A DNA stretch of 64,000 nucleotides from contig CM069133.1 of NCBI GenBank assembly GCA_035221665.1, positions 146,754,001 to 146,818,000 on the forward strand, given 5' to 3'. The stretch is from Okamejei kenojei. Taxonomy: Eukaryota. Shown here piece by piece: positions 1 to 11,525 of the stretch. The translations under genes were made by a program, and so were the position numbers. Each line of letters begins with the position of its first letter. Positions within the stretch are counted from its first letter, which is position 1. Below the pieces are notes generated by a model. It made no database searches. It was not told the DNA's origin and worked only from the letters and a program-made list of their open reading frames with translations.

Positions 1-210
1 TGTAGCTGAGGCCAGCATCGAAATGGAGGCCAGCTAGAAACTCCAGGACATCAGGTATCATTGCCGAGTTGGAAGTCTTGTTGGTCCGGGCACAGAATGC
101 CTCCCACTTTCTGATTGGGTGAGGTACTGTTTCCGAGTTGATTCTCGGCATGATGCGGCGATAAGTTCTATGGCTCATGATGAGATGCCCGCCTGGATGA
201 GTGGTCTTTT
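1..210 (-). pseudogene. N-terminal part of the DIRS tyrosine recombinase (stop and frameshift)
   Basis: Manual translation gives ..AIELIAASCRESTRKQY../..RKWEAFCART..PDVLEFLAGLHFDAGLSY, resembling the core-binding domain of DIRS YR, directly after the MT domain. Confidence 0.75.
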
Positions 211-1193
211 CAGAACCTGCAGGCCAACAAGTTTAAATGACCATGGCAAGGATGACTAACCCCCATAATGGGGTGAGTAATCAATTTGGGATGTTTCCCA
301 ATCGCCATCCATGGTTGTTTTAAAATTTTAACGACCATCGGCCAGTCGGGAATGATCAATATGCCAGTTGCAGAGTCTAGTTTAATTTTCTGCAATACCC
401 GACTGATGAGGCAGAATGGGGGAAATGCGTAGCAAAACCATTTCCCCCAATGGATAGAAAACACATCCATTGCTATTGCCCCAGGGTCTGGTTCCCACGA
501 CACATACGTTGGTATCTGATGGTTCAGCCTGGACGCAAATAGATCAATATCTGGTGTCCCGTAGTGAGCTATAACGTCTCCAAAAATTTGGGGGTTCAAC
601 ATCCACTCGATGTTGTCATTGAATACTCGTGACCTGGTGTCCGCCACTGTAATAAGCTTCCCAGGCAAATAGGTCGCCGTAATCCAAATATTCCTTTCAA
701 TGCACCAGTGCCAAATTGTGTTAGCCAATTCATCACAAGATAGCGACCTGATACCACCCATATGATTGATGTAAGCCACCACTGTAGTATTATCTATTTG
801 AAGGCGGACATGTAAATCCCGTGAATTAGTACAGTAAGCCCGCAATCCATGAAATGCCCCCAGCATTTCTATATAGTTTATCCCGTGTGACTCCAGGAAT
901 GTAGACTCATGAGAGTTCCATCTGCCACCACAACTGGACATCGTATCAGTTGCTCCCCAGCCTTGTGCGCTTGCGTCAGTTTGTAGCACCACGTCAGGGT
1001 TGCTTACTATGATGGGTCTGTGACACTCTCTAATATTGTCAACCCACCATTGTAGCTCGTTTCTAGCCTTCGGTGGTAACCGAATCGGCCGATCAAAGTG
1101 CCCAGCATTTGGTTTTAATGCTGTGATCTTTGTTCTTTGTAAATTTCGGTAGTATAGTGGTCCGAATTGTGCAGCTGGGAATGTAGCTACCAA
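210..1193 (-). pseudogene. DIRS RNase H plus DNA adenine methyltransferase-like domain
   Basis: RNase H motifs TDASAQGWGA, INYIEM, IDNTTVVAYINHMGG, YLPGKLITVADTRSR, followed by DIDLFASRLN...DVFSIHW...YAFPPF typical of the DIRS MT domain. Confidence 0.88.
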
Positions 1194-1198
1194 TTTCC

Positions 1199-2120
1199 CT
1201 ATAACGTTTGCTGTTTGCCGAATGGTCGGTACCCTGGCGCAATAAGACTATGGCACTCTTCTATTATAGCAGTAGCTTTGTTGGTTGGGATGGTAATCTT
1301 CATTAAATTGGTGTCTAGGGTGAACCCCAAAAAATCCATAACCCGTACCGGGTGCAATTTTGATTTGTCTGGATGGATTACAAACCCCAGCTTCTCGAAA
1401 AGAGCCTTAGTTGCAGCCACTCCTTGAATTGCTAATTGGAGGGTCTGACCCACTATAAGGATATCATCCAAATATGCGATTACTATATAATTTTGTTGTC
1501 GGAGAAGAGCCAATATAGGTTTTACCAATTTTGTAAACAGCCTAGGGGCTGTGGTGATTCCATTGGGCAATGCCTTGTATTCCCATAATTGACCCTTCCA
1601 GCCAAACTTCAGGAATTTTCTGTGAGCCTTAAAGAAGGGCACCGTATAGTATGCATCTTTCAAATCGATGCATGCCATAAAGTACCCTGGGTAAAGCATC
1701 TGCTTGGCTGTTTCAAAAGTATCCATTTTGAAATGGGTATATTGTACAAAAGTGTTCAGCTCAGTTAAGTCTATTATAATCCGACATCCCCCATCTTTTT
1801 TAAATTCTGGTGAAGATGTTGGACACAAACTCAATAGGTTCATGCTTGGTTTTGCCAATTACCCCTTTTGCTGCTAGCCGTATAATTTCAGCATGTCCTG
1901 CCTCTACCTCTTTTTGGGATAGAGTAAACTTCCTATGAGGCGAATGCTGGGTAGGGGGATTTATACCTCCAATAAATTCTATAACATACCCTTGAACACT
2001 TTGTAAAATAAACTCATCTGTGGTGACAGTTTTCCATATGTCCAAAAAAGCCCGCAATCGCCCACCTATTCGTGCAGGAGGGGATGCTACGGCGTGAGAG
2101 GAACCAGACCCCCTTACCTC
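1199..2120 (-). pseudogene. DIRS reverse transcriptase (frameshifted)
   Basis: IGGRLRAFLDIWK...FILQSVQGYVIEF, KKDGGCRIIIDL, IDLKDAYYTVP, LPNGITTAPRLFTK and IAYLDDILI motifs across ORFs 1800-2201 and 1199-1858. Confidence 0.9.
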
Positions 2121-2939
2121 CATGGTTAGCGGCGGTTCCGTACGTACGGTGTTTTGGTTGGACGTTGTTGAGGTTGACGGGGTGGCGGCCGCATCTTCCA
2201 TGCAGGCCGCTGTTGGCCTTGCCCTAAAAAAGGTCGTTGTGTTTGCGGAAGTGGAGGTAGGTAGGACCTTTGCGTCCTATCCGGCAGTCGTGGTTTCCAG
2301 TTTGTGTTTGGCTGTTGCCGGTGGTATGGGTGAAGTCTGGCCGTCGGAGGTTTCATGAGGCCAGCTGTTTTGGCCTCCTCGTCCAGTTCCTTCACCTGTT
2401 TGGACAGGTCTCCGAACAACTGATGCGGCGGTGGAGCGGTTGATGGTCGGCACAACCCCGCGAATTTGGGGATGAGTGTGGGCTTTATGGAGCTCTTACG
2501 CAGGCAGTTTATCTCATACTGGGCGTTGCATAGGAGTGCCAGTGCATCTTGCTGTTCACTGGACACATTATCCCCGTCCAGGGTCCTAGCAAACGCCGTT
2601 ATGCCCGTGGACTCGCGCATGTGTGCTGGCGGGGTCTTCACGAAGTCACTCACGTGACTCCGAAGTAAAATATCGAGTCGGTATCTTGTTTCGGGTATGC
2701 ACCAGTGACCTCAGCTGAGGTAGAAAGAAGTTTTTCACAACTGAAGCATATTCTGTCTGACAGACGGCATAGTTTAACACGAGATAATTTGAATAAAATA
2801 CTGTAATTATGTGCAACCAGGCAACTTTGGTTATTTAATGTAGAATACGTATTGATTGGTAGGACTGGATGTTATAATCCGTAAGGTTTTTCACTACAAT
2901 TGACATTTGGTATTCTTGAGGATGACCACTAGGTGATTT

Positions 2940-3657
2940 TGCTACCAATCAGACACATCTTCAGTTGTGTACCTCAACGTCACTGGGTGTTTCGGCCTTT
3001 TATCACAAGACACCCTAAGTCGAGGCAGGCCTGGGTGTGTGTCTTATGGTTAGCCTCTAGATGGTCACGTGGCAGCCCAGACAGCATCTTTTCTCTTCAG
3101 CCACAGCCAGTGACTGCTCCATTCGGCCTTTTCCCTTCCATCTTCCTCTCTACCGCTGACTGTGGCTGGTTGGGCTCTGGACTCGTGTCCGTTGGTGGGA
3201 CAGTACTTGAGCTTCCCCTGGGGTGCTGATACCCTGTGGACTGTGGTGGTTAACCTGCCACTGGGCCTCACTCGACTGATTTGGCCTACCTCTTAGAAAG
3301 TAATGGTTAATGCGAGGCCCCTCACCAAGCTCTCCCAGGCACTTTTCCCTGCAATGGTGAATCCTGAGACCCTTCTCTGATGTTATATTTTCCCAGCCAC
3401 AGATGCAGCTTCGTAGCTTATGTCCTGCCTGTGCTGCTGCTCTGTCAATTGCTGTGCCAATTGTCTTATTCATAGTCGAATCCTTCCGTAGCAATATAAG
3501 GGTGGATCCAAAACGCTGATTAGCGATGGATCCTGCCGCATTAGGAGCTAGCCCATGCCAGCCCCGGTGGGGTCTATTCCCTCCGGTCAGCAGTCTCTCC
3601 AGGCCGTCACTAGATCTTTCCCTGGGTGTCAGCTGCCCTTTCGCAGCGGTCACTGGT
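2940..3657 (-). mobile_element. Internally deleted Hero-like (restriction-like endonuclease, R2 superfamily) non-LTR retrotransposon
   Basis: N-terminal zinc-finger-like CICGWENITSEKGLRIHHCREKC...GPRINHYFLR (ORF 3150-3653) is fused almost directly to the C-terminal EKAEWSSHWLWLKRKDAVW* (ORF 3065-3271), which I recognise as Hero-type termini. RT and endonuclease core are absent. Ends are approximate. Confidence 0.7.
2951..3015 (-). ncRNA. Candidate hammerhead-like ribozyme with permuted strand order in the Hero 3' UTR
   Basis: Minus strand reads GGGUG-UC-UUGUG-AUAAAA-GGCC-GAAA-CACCC-(15 nt)-CACAA-CUGAAGA-UGUGUCU. Stems I and III pair perfectly around the GUC, GAAA and CUGANGA cores. Activity is untested. 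Confidence 0.5.
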
Positions 3658-3823
3658 TTGATCCTTTATATTATCATTTTTAACCATATTTTGTTGGTGG
3701 AAAAACATGCCTTTGTATTCCTTTTACTGTCAATAAATGCCTTTTTCGTGCCTTTTTTGTAATTTTATTATGCCTTTTTGCCTGCCGATTTCAGAGTTTT
3801 TTAGCCTAAACATTCTGGCTCTA

Positions 3824-4676
3824 GTCGTAAGTGATAGGAGTAGAATTAAGCCATTCGGCCCATCAAGTCTACGCCATTCAATCATCTGATACCCAACAAG
3901 GTGTTAATCAAGAATCTACCTATTTCTGCCTTAAAATGATCCACTGACTTGGCCTCCAGAGCCTCTGTGGCAAAGAATTCCACGGATTCACCACCCTCTG
4001 ACTAAAGAAATGTCTCCTCATCTCTTTCCTAAAAGAATGTCCTTCAATTCTGAGGCTATGACCTCTAGTTCTAGACTCTCCCACTAATGGAAACATCCTC
4101 TCCACATCCACTGTATCCAAGCCTTTCACTATTCTGTATGTTTCAATGAGGTCCCCCCCTCATTCTTCTAAGCTCCAGCGAGTAAAGGCCCAGTGCCAAC
4201 AAACACTCATCATAGGTAAACCTCCTCTGGACCCTCTCCAGAGCCAGCGCATCCTTCCTCAGATATGGTGCCCAAAATTACTCATAATATTCCAAATGCG
4301 GCCTTACCAGCGCCTTATAGAGCCTCAGCATTACATCCCTCTTTTTGTATACAAGCCCTCTTGAAATAAATGCTAGCACTGAGTTTGCTTTCTTTGCTAC
4401 CGATTTGAATTGCAGATAAACCTTTTGGGAATCCTGCACCAGCACTCCCAAGTACATCCGATTTCTGGAATCTCTCCCCATTTAGAAAATAGTCTAAGCC
4501 ATTATTTCTACTACCAAAATGCATGTCTCCACACTTTGCTACACTATATTCATTCTGTCACCTCTCTGCTCACTCTCCTAACCTGGCCTAGTCCTTCTGC
4601 AGAGTCCCTGCTTTCTCTACACTAACTTCGCTTCCACTATTTTCATATCATCCGCAAACTTAACTGCATAGCCTTC
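3824..4676 (-). mobile_element. CR1-type LINE 3' fragment
   Basis: ORF2 C-terminal remnants MHFGSRN, LYKALVRPHLEY and SRTRGHSLRI...RRHFFSQRVVNPWNSLP, plus 3' tail GCCATTCGGCCCATC. Confidence 0.88.
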
Positions 4677-4689
4677 AATATTTAATACC

Positions 4690-5566
4690 AACAAGCCCAA
4701 TGTATTTCATTTGGAAAGTTAAATAGGGGTACAACATACTCAGAAAATGGTGAACAAAGAATGTTGATGAACAGAGGAACCTTGGTGTTCAAGCCTATAG
4801 TTCTCTAAAAATAGGAACACACGTAAATAAAGTGGTGAAGAAGGCATATGGCATGCTTCCCATCATAGGACAGGGCATAGAACAGAAGGGTCTCAACCTG
4901 AAACAACACCCATTCCTTCTCTTCAGAGATGCATCTGGCCTGCTGAGTTTCTCCAGCTTTGTATCTATCTTCCTTAGAACATATTAGTTGGAATGTTATG
5001 TTGAAACTTGACAAAACACTGATTATGCCACACTTGGAATATTGAGTGCAGTTCTGGTCGCCACACAATAGGGAAGATGTAGTCTCGCTGGAGAGAGTGC
5101 AAAGGAGATTTAGCTGGATGTTGTCTGCAGTAGAGAACTTTTGTTATGGCAAGAGATTGGATAGATTGGATTTGTTTTGCTGGAGTGAAGAAGGCTGAGG
5201 AATGACTTGTTAGAGGCATATAGATTATAAATGGCAAATACAGAATAGATAACAGAGTCATTTTTTATCATTGTACCATTATGAAAAATAAGATGGCATA
5301 GGTTTAATGTGAGACATAAGATTTTTGGAGGGGAAGTTTTTTCGACAGAATGTGGTTTATATATGGAACACGTTGCAGGGCAGGCAGTGGAATCAGATAC
5401 AATCACAAGTTTAAGAGACATTTCACAGGCATATAAATAGGCAAGACAAAGACGGACGTAGACCTAATGTGGGCAAATTAAATTAGTGTAGATGGGCAAA
5501 AAGGTCAGCATACACATGGCAGGGCTAAAGGGCTATTTTTACTGTAATGTATATCTATGACTCTAT
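4690..5566 (+). mobile_element. Older, diverged CR1-type LINE 3' fragment
   Basis: Degenerate CCACACTTGGAATATTG..CAGTTCTGGTCGCCACAC (PHLEYCVQFWSPH) and CTATGACTCTAT tail; interrupted by a short Penelope-derived insert. Confidence 0.75.
4885..4974 (+). mobile_element. Short Penelope-terminus-derived insertion (diverged subfamily)
   Basis: GAAGGGTCTCAACCTGAAAC...GCTGAGTTTCTCCAGC resembles the Penelope 3' end at 11227-11317; flanked by TAGAACA duplication (4878-4884 and 4975-4981). Confidence 0.7.
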
Positions 5567-7605
5567 TAAACAAAGTTATCTTTATTGAGGTGAATATTTG
5601 GTCAAAAATGATATTGCAGGTTTGTTATTAATTATTATTAAAGATAATATGCACAATGCTATCACCTAATTAAGTTCAATCAACTAATTAAGTTCATATA
5701 TTTTTCTTAAATCATGAAAGGAAAATACACTTTTCCTTAAAAATGTAGATGTCTTTTAAGTGGTGCATGATGATGAGTCAAAGGCGATTTGAAAGGTGAT
5801 CAACTTTAACGTAATGAGTCTGTTCTGTTTACATGACTGCACTTTGTGCATTCCAGACTTCTTGGAGACATTTTTCACAGGGAATTCGACAGAGTGATCA
5901 TGATTTGATCCTTTAGAAACTATGTGCATGATGATTTACAACACAGTTCACTGCAGATCTGTGAAGGCTGGATATGCTTATAAGTTCTGCCCTACAGAAA
6001 ATAATATGGAGCATCAAATTGGATATAAATTATAAATAATTTGAAAGAACTAAGTTTAAAATGATCACACTTTGAGAACTAGTAGAAGTAAAATATGTAG
6101 CTCTGGGTTGATTATGTCAAGATTGTCCAAAGGCAGTGACCAAGCGTCCATAAAATCCTAAATGGTTGAACTGATCCTCCTCTTTTTTTTTCAGTACTGT
6201 TCATTAATATGGGCTAGCAAAAGGTCAATTTAATAACCAGAAGGTCAACACATGCACCATTGGTGTATGGATGTTTGTAGAACTGTAAAGTCATAAAAAA
6301 AAATGTAACCCTGAGGGTGGGTGACTTGAAACAGAAAGAAAAATATCACCTGCAACGGTTTATTTCTGAACCCACGCACAATCAATTTCTCACAAGTGTT
6401 TAACCCATCATTATGCAAATAGAAATGATAAAATGTGTGCAATGTGATGCCTTAATATTAGCTTTCAGAGTGATGTCTACCTCCTACAGACTATTTTGAA
6501 ATATAATCTATATTTTCGATTGATTATTTCCATGCAGCTTTAAAAAAAAAACTAACTTAGGGTTAAGTTGGGTTCTCGCTTCGTACTGACATAATGAAAT
6601 GAGCATCAATAAAGCAATGTATAATTCTTAGGTGCTGCTGAGCATTATTTTTAATACTGCTCTCTTTAAATTGCCTATTGTGCTACTCCTTCCATACATT
6701 CATGGTTAATTCGTTTTCGGTATCTATTAATTCCTGTTAATATACCACAGAAACCCCCAGAAACCTAATATGGAAAATTATAGAACTCTTGTTGCAATAT
6801 AGTATTTTGTATTTTGTGTTAATCATTTAAGGGATGATGTGCATAATCCTACAGATTACAATATATATATATTTTCCTTAAATTTGTCATCAAAAAAGGT
6901 ATGTAGGGTTCTACATCAATCATTTGTCTCCAAATAATAAGTGTAAAAGAGATACCAATCAAAGAAATTTTAGGAAAATAGTCATGGTAATTAACTAATG
7001 TTTTTCAAATGGTACAAATGTGCATATGGTCAAGAAAAATAATAACTTCAGAAATTAATTAAAGTTTTACTTAAATAGGTATCAGGTTCCACTTAACTTT
7101 CACTTAAGTAATCTATCAAAATCATAAGAGTTATATCTGTAATATATTTTTGATAGAAGTTACCAAATGTCAAGTCCGAATATATGCTGTCCAGAAATAG
7201 TATTTTTCTGATACACTGGAATTTATCAGGAATCTAATATGTCCCATTTCTTTTTCAAATCAAGAAGTATTTTATATAGAGAATGATGGGTTATAAATAA
7301 CAAATGTTGAGATTTGGATGGACATTGCCTTGTATATTCTATATTATTGATGCACGATAATTATTCCTAATGAATCACTAATTATTGTGACATCATTACT
7401 GATAGCCTAGTAATGAAGTGCAGTTGATCATGTGCAGTTGATTATGGGGATATTTTATTTGTAACAATGTATTACAAATATTTGATACAGTATACCAAGG
7501 CATTATCAACCCTAAGCTAAAAAGTCCCGTGTATTACAGATGTTCTGTGAAATCTTAACTGGAATGTTAAATGTTGATTTTTTGCAACTTAGTTAGCCAA
7601 AAAAA

Positions 7606-9782
7606 CATAAGAGTCATAGAGTGATACACTATGGAAACAGGCCCTTCGACCCAACTCGCCCACACCTCCAACAAAGTCCCAGCTGCACTAGTCCCCCTTG
7701 CCTGCGCTTAGTCCATATCCCTCCAAACCTGTCCTATCCATGTACCTGTCTAACTGTTTCTTAAACGATGCGATAGTCCCAGCCTCAACTACGTCCTCTG
7801 GCAGCTTGTTCCATACACCCACCACCCTTTGTGTGAAAAAGTGATCCCTCAGATTCCTATTAAATCTTTTCCCCATCACCTTGAACCTGTGTCCTCTGGT
7901 CCTCTATTCCTCTCCGCTGGGCAAAAGATTCTGTGCATCTACCCGATCTATTCCTCTCATCATTTTGTATACCTCTATAAAATCCCTCATCCTCCTGCGC
8001 TCTATGGAATAAAGACCCAGCGTACTCAACCTCTCCTTATAGCTCACACCCTCTAGTCCTGGCAACATCCTTGTAAATCTTTTCTGAACCCTTTGAAGCT
8101 TGAAAATATCTTTCCTATAACATGGTGACCAGAACTGAGCACAATATTCTAAATGCGGTCTCACCAACGTCTTAGACAACTGCAACATGACCTCCCAACT
8201 TCTATACTCAATACTCTGACTGATGAAGGCCAAAGTGCTAAAGGCCTTTTTGACCACCTTATCTACCTGCAACTCTTCAAGAAACCATGCACCTGTACTC
8301 CTAGATACCTCTGCTCTAAAACACTACCCAGAGGCCTACCATTTACTGTGTAGGTCCTGCCCTTGTTCAACATCCCAAAATGCAACCCCTCACACTTTTC
8401 TGTATTAAATTCCATCAACCATTCCTCTGCCCACCTGGCCAATTGATCCAGATCCTGCTACAATCTTTTACAACCATCTTCACTATCTGCAAAACCACTC
8501 ACTTTTGTATCATCAGCAAACTTGCTAATCTTGCCCTGTATGTTCTTATCCAAATCATTGATGAAGATGACAAACAGTAACGGGCTCAGCACCGAACCCT
8601 GAGGCACACCACTAGTCACAGGCCTCCAGTCCGAGAAGCAACCTTCCACCATCACCCTTTACTTCCTTCCATGGAGCCAATTTGCTATCCATTCAGTTAT
8701 CTCTCCGTGGATCCCATGCGATCTAACCTTCCAAAGCAGCCTACTATGCGGAACCTTGTCGAATGCCTTACTGGAGTCCATGTACACGACATCTACAGCT
8801 CTGCCCTCAGCAACCTTTTTGGTCACGTCTTCAAGAAATTCAATCAGATTTGTGAGACACGACCTCCCACGTACAAAACCATGCTGACTATCCCTAATCA
8901 GCCCTTGCCCATCCAAATACCTGTATAACCTAACCGTCAGAATACTCTCTAGTATCTTACCAACTACAGATGTTAAGCTCACCGGCTTATAGTTATCCAG
9001 CATTTTCCCTGCAGCCCTTCTTGTAAAGAGGCACAACATTTGCCACCCTCCAGTCTTCCAGCACCTCTCCTGTATTTAAAGACGACTCATAAATCTCAAC
9101 CAGGGCGCCCGTAATTTCCACTCTAGTTTCCCACAATGTCCTTGGATATATCTGATCAGGCCCTGGAGATTTGTTTACCTTCAAACATGATAGTACATTC
9201 AGTACTTCGACTGTATCCCTGACTGCTCTCAAGACACTTCCAGTGACTGCTCCAATTTTCTGCGTCCTACTGTCTTTCTCCTTGGTAAATACAGAGGAGA
9301 AATACTCATTGATTACTTTGCCCATCTCCTGTGGCTCCACACAGAGTTGGCCACTTTGATTCCTGAGAGGTTCCACTCTCTTTCTGGTTATCCTTTCCCC
9401 TTTATGTATTTATGGGATTGTCCATAATGCTACCAACCAGACCTATCTCCTGGCCCATTTTTGCCCTTCTGACTTCCTTTTTTAGTTTACTCTTAGTTCC
9501 CGAAACTCCTCCAGGGATGCACTTGATCCCAGCTACCTATGCCTATTCCATGCATCCTTTTTGTTTTTGTCTAATGACTCAATTTTCCTCGTAAGCCAAG
9601 CTTCCTTCCATTTGCCTGCTTTTCCCTTCACTCTAACGGGTTCATACACATCCTGAACTTTCTTCAGTACAATTTTAAAAACATCCCACTTGGTCGATGT
9701 TCCTTTCCCCTCAAATAACCTGCTCCAGTCAACTTGAGTGAGACCCTCTCGCCTACCCTCAAAGTTGGCCTTATCCCAGTTA
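7606..9782 (-). mobile_element. CR1-type LINE, 5'-truncated, ORF2 RT with frameshifts
   Basis: KSPGPDQIYPR, NYKPVSLTSVVGKILE, QHGFVRGRSCLTNL, KAFDKVPH, SGVPQGSVLSPLLF, SKFADDTK, LVRPHLEYCAQFWSP and FFTQRVVGVWNKLP in successive minus-strand ORFs. Confidence 0.95.
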
Positions 9783-9850
9783 AACAGATACCATATTTAA
9801 TGTTGAAACTAATCATAATCTGATTTAATATGTCAATTACTCCTCAGGTC

Positions 9851-11317
9851 GCTTGCCTCTTTGTTGGGTACGTCGAACAATCCTTGTTCTCGGCGTACCA
9901 GGGCCCCATCCCCGACCTCTACCTCCGTTACATCGACGACTGCTTTGGTGTCACCTCCTGCACCCACACACAACTGACTGACTTCATTCATTTCACCACC
10001 AACTTCCATCCGGCACTCAAATACACTTGGACCATTTCCGACACTTCCCTACCATTCCTTGACCTCACCATCTCTATTGCAGGTGATACGCTCCTGACCG
10101 ACATCCACTACAAACCTACTGACTCCCACAGCTACCTGGACTACTCTTCCTCCCACCCTGCTGCCTGTAAGGACTCCATCCCCTATTCCCAATTCCTCCG
10201 TCTACGCTGCATCTGCTCCCAGGATGAGGTGTTCCACACCAGGTCATCACAAATGGCCTCATTCTTCAGAGAACGGGGATTCCCCTCCCCCACTATTGAT
10301 GAGGCTCGCACCAGGGTCTCCTCCATACCCCGCAACACTGCCCTCGCTCCCCATTCCCCCACTCGCAAACGGGCAGAATCCCCCTGGTCCTCACCTTTCA
10401 CCCCACCAGCCGGCAAATACAACATATAGTCCTCCGCCAGTTTCGCCACCTCCAACGTGACCCCTCCACCCGCCACATCTTCCCATCTCCCCCCCTGTCT
10501 GCCTTCCGCAAAGACCGCTCCCTCCGCAACTCCCTTGTCCATTCTTCCCTCCCCTCCCACTCTACCCCTTCCCCGGGCACTTTCCCTTGCAACCGCAAGA
10601 AATGCAACACTTGTCCCTTCACCTCCCCCCTCCACTCCTTTCAGGGACCCAAGCAGTCCTTCCAGGTCCGACAGAGGTTCACCTGCACCTCCTCCAACCT
10701 CATCTACTGCATCCGCTGCTCCAGATGCCAGATGATCTATATCGGTGAGACCAAGCGGAGGCTTGGCGATCGCTTCGCCGAACACCTCCGCTCGGTCCGC
10801 AATAACCAACCCGACCTCCCGGTGGCTCAGCACTTCAACTCCCCCTCCCATTCCACATCCGACCTCTCGGTCCTGGGCCTCCTCCACGGCCAGAGTGAGC
10901 AACATCGCAAGTTGGAGGAACAGCACCTCATATTCCGCTTGGGGAGTCTGCATCCTTTGGGCTTGAATATTGAATTTTCTCAATTCTGTTAACCCTTGCT
11001 GTCTCCTCCCCTTCCCACCTCTCCCTCAGCCCTGGGGCCCTGGCATTCCCTCTATCTCTATCTCTCCCCCACCCTAGTCGCACCAGCTTCTCATTTTCAC
11101 ACCACAAACAGCTTACAATGGCTTGTTCCCTTTATCACCGATACTTTTTTGCATATCTTTCACTCATTGTTCCTTATCTCTCCACATCACCGTCTATATC
11201 TCTCGTTTCCCTGATCCCTGACCAGTCTGAAGAAGGGTCTCGGCCCGAAACGTCGCCTATCTCCTTCGCTCCTTAGATGCTGCTGCACCCGCTGAGTTTC
11301 TCCAGCTTTTTGTGTAC
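9851..11317 (+). mobile_element. Penelope-like retroelement (RT plus GIY-YIG endonuclease), 5'-truncated
   Basis: RT YLRYIDDCFG, LPFLDLTI, HYKPTDSHSYLDY; GIY-YIG IYCIRCSRCQMIYIGETKRRLGDRFAEHLRS; flanked by duplication TACTCCTCAGGTC (9838-9850 and 11315-11327). Confidence 0.95.
11227..11254 (+). ncRNA. Minimal hammerhead ribozyme motif in the Penelope terminus
   Basis: CUGAAGA-A-GGGU(CUCG)GCCC-GAAA-CG-UC: catalytic core, stem II and palindromic ACGU in place of helix III, as known for Penelope-like elements. Confidence 0.65.
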
Positions 11318-11525
11318 TCCTCAGGTCAATGTTGTTTTTGTGTGGTCCAATCACATGTACCAGGGATGTGCACATGCTTATATAAATCTTGTATTCTGCT
11401 TCTGAAATTACACTCTAGTTTTAAAATGTTTAATTTACTATTTTCTACAGCCAAAAATCAACATTGTTAAAGAGAGTGGCAATTTGTCCCAAGACCTTTC
11501 TCAATCCTACCTTTGAACTAACTAA

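Larger units (their letters stand above)
1..2672 (-). mobile_element. DIRS1-like tyrosine-recombinase retrotransposon, decayed, runs off the left window edge
   Basis: Minus-strand order is gag-like (2126-2653), RT, RNase H plus methyltransferase-like domain, then start of a tyrosine recombinase, the diagnostic DIRS layout. Frameshifts and stops are present. The right boundary is inferred from where hAT-like coding sequence begins. Confidence 0.9.
2673..3823 (+). mobile_element. 3' part of a hAT-like DNA transposon, interrupted by a Hero-like element
   Basis: 2675-2806 translates to ESVSCFGYAPVTSAEVERSFSQLKHILSDRRHSLTRDNLNKIL*, matching the hAT C-terminal dimerization motif (PxTSxxxERxFS...DRR). 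3660-3823 is an AT-rich subterminal-like region with repeated ATGCCTTT. Ends are approximate. Confidence 0.65.

Noticed and set aside
10183-10983. 266-aa minus-strand ORF
   Set aside because: Antisense shadow of the C-rich Penelope ORF; no independent domain
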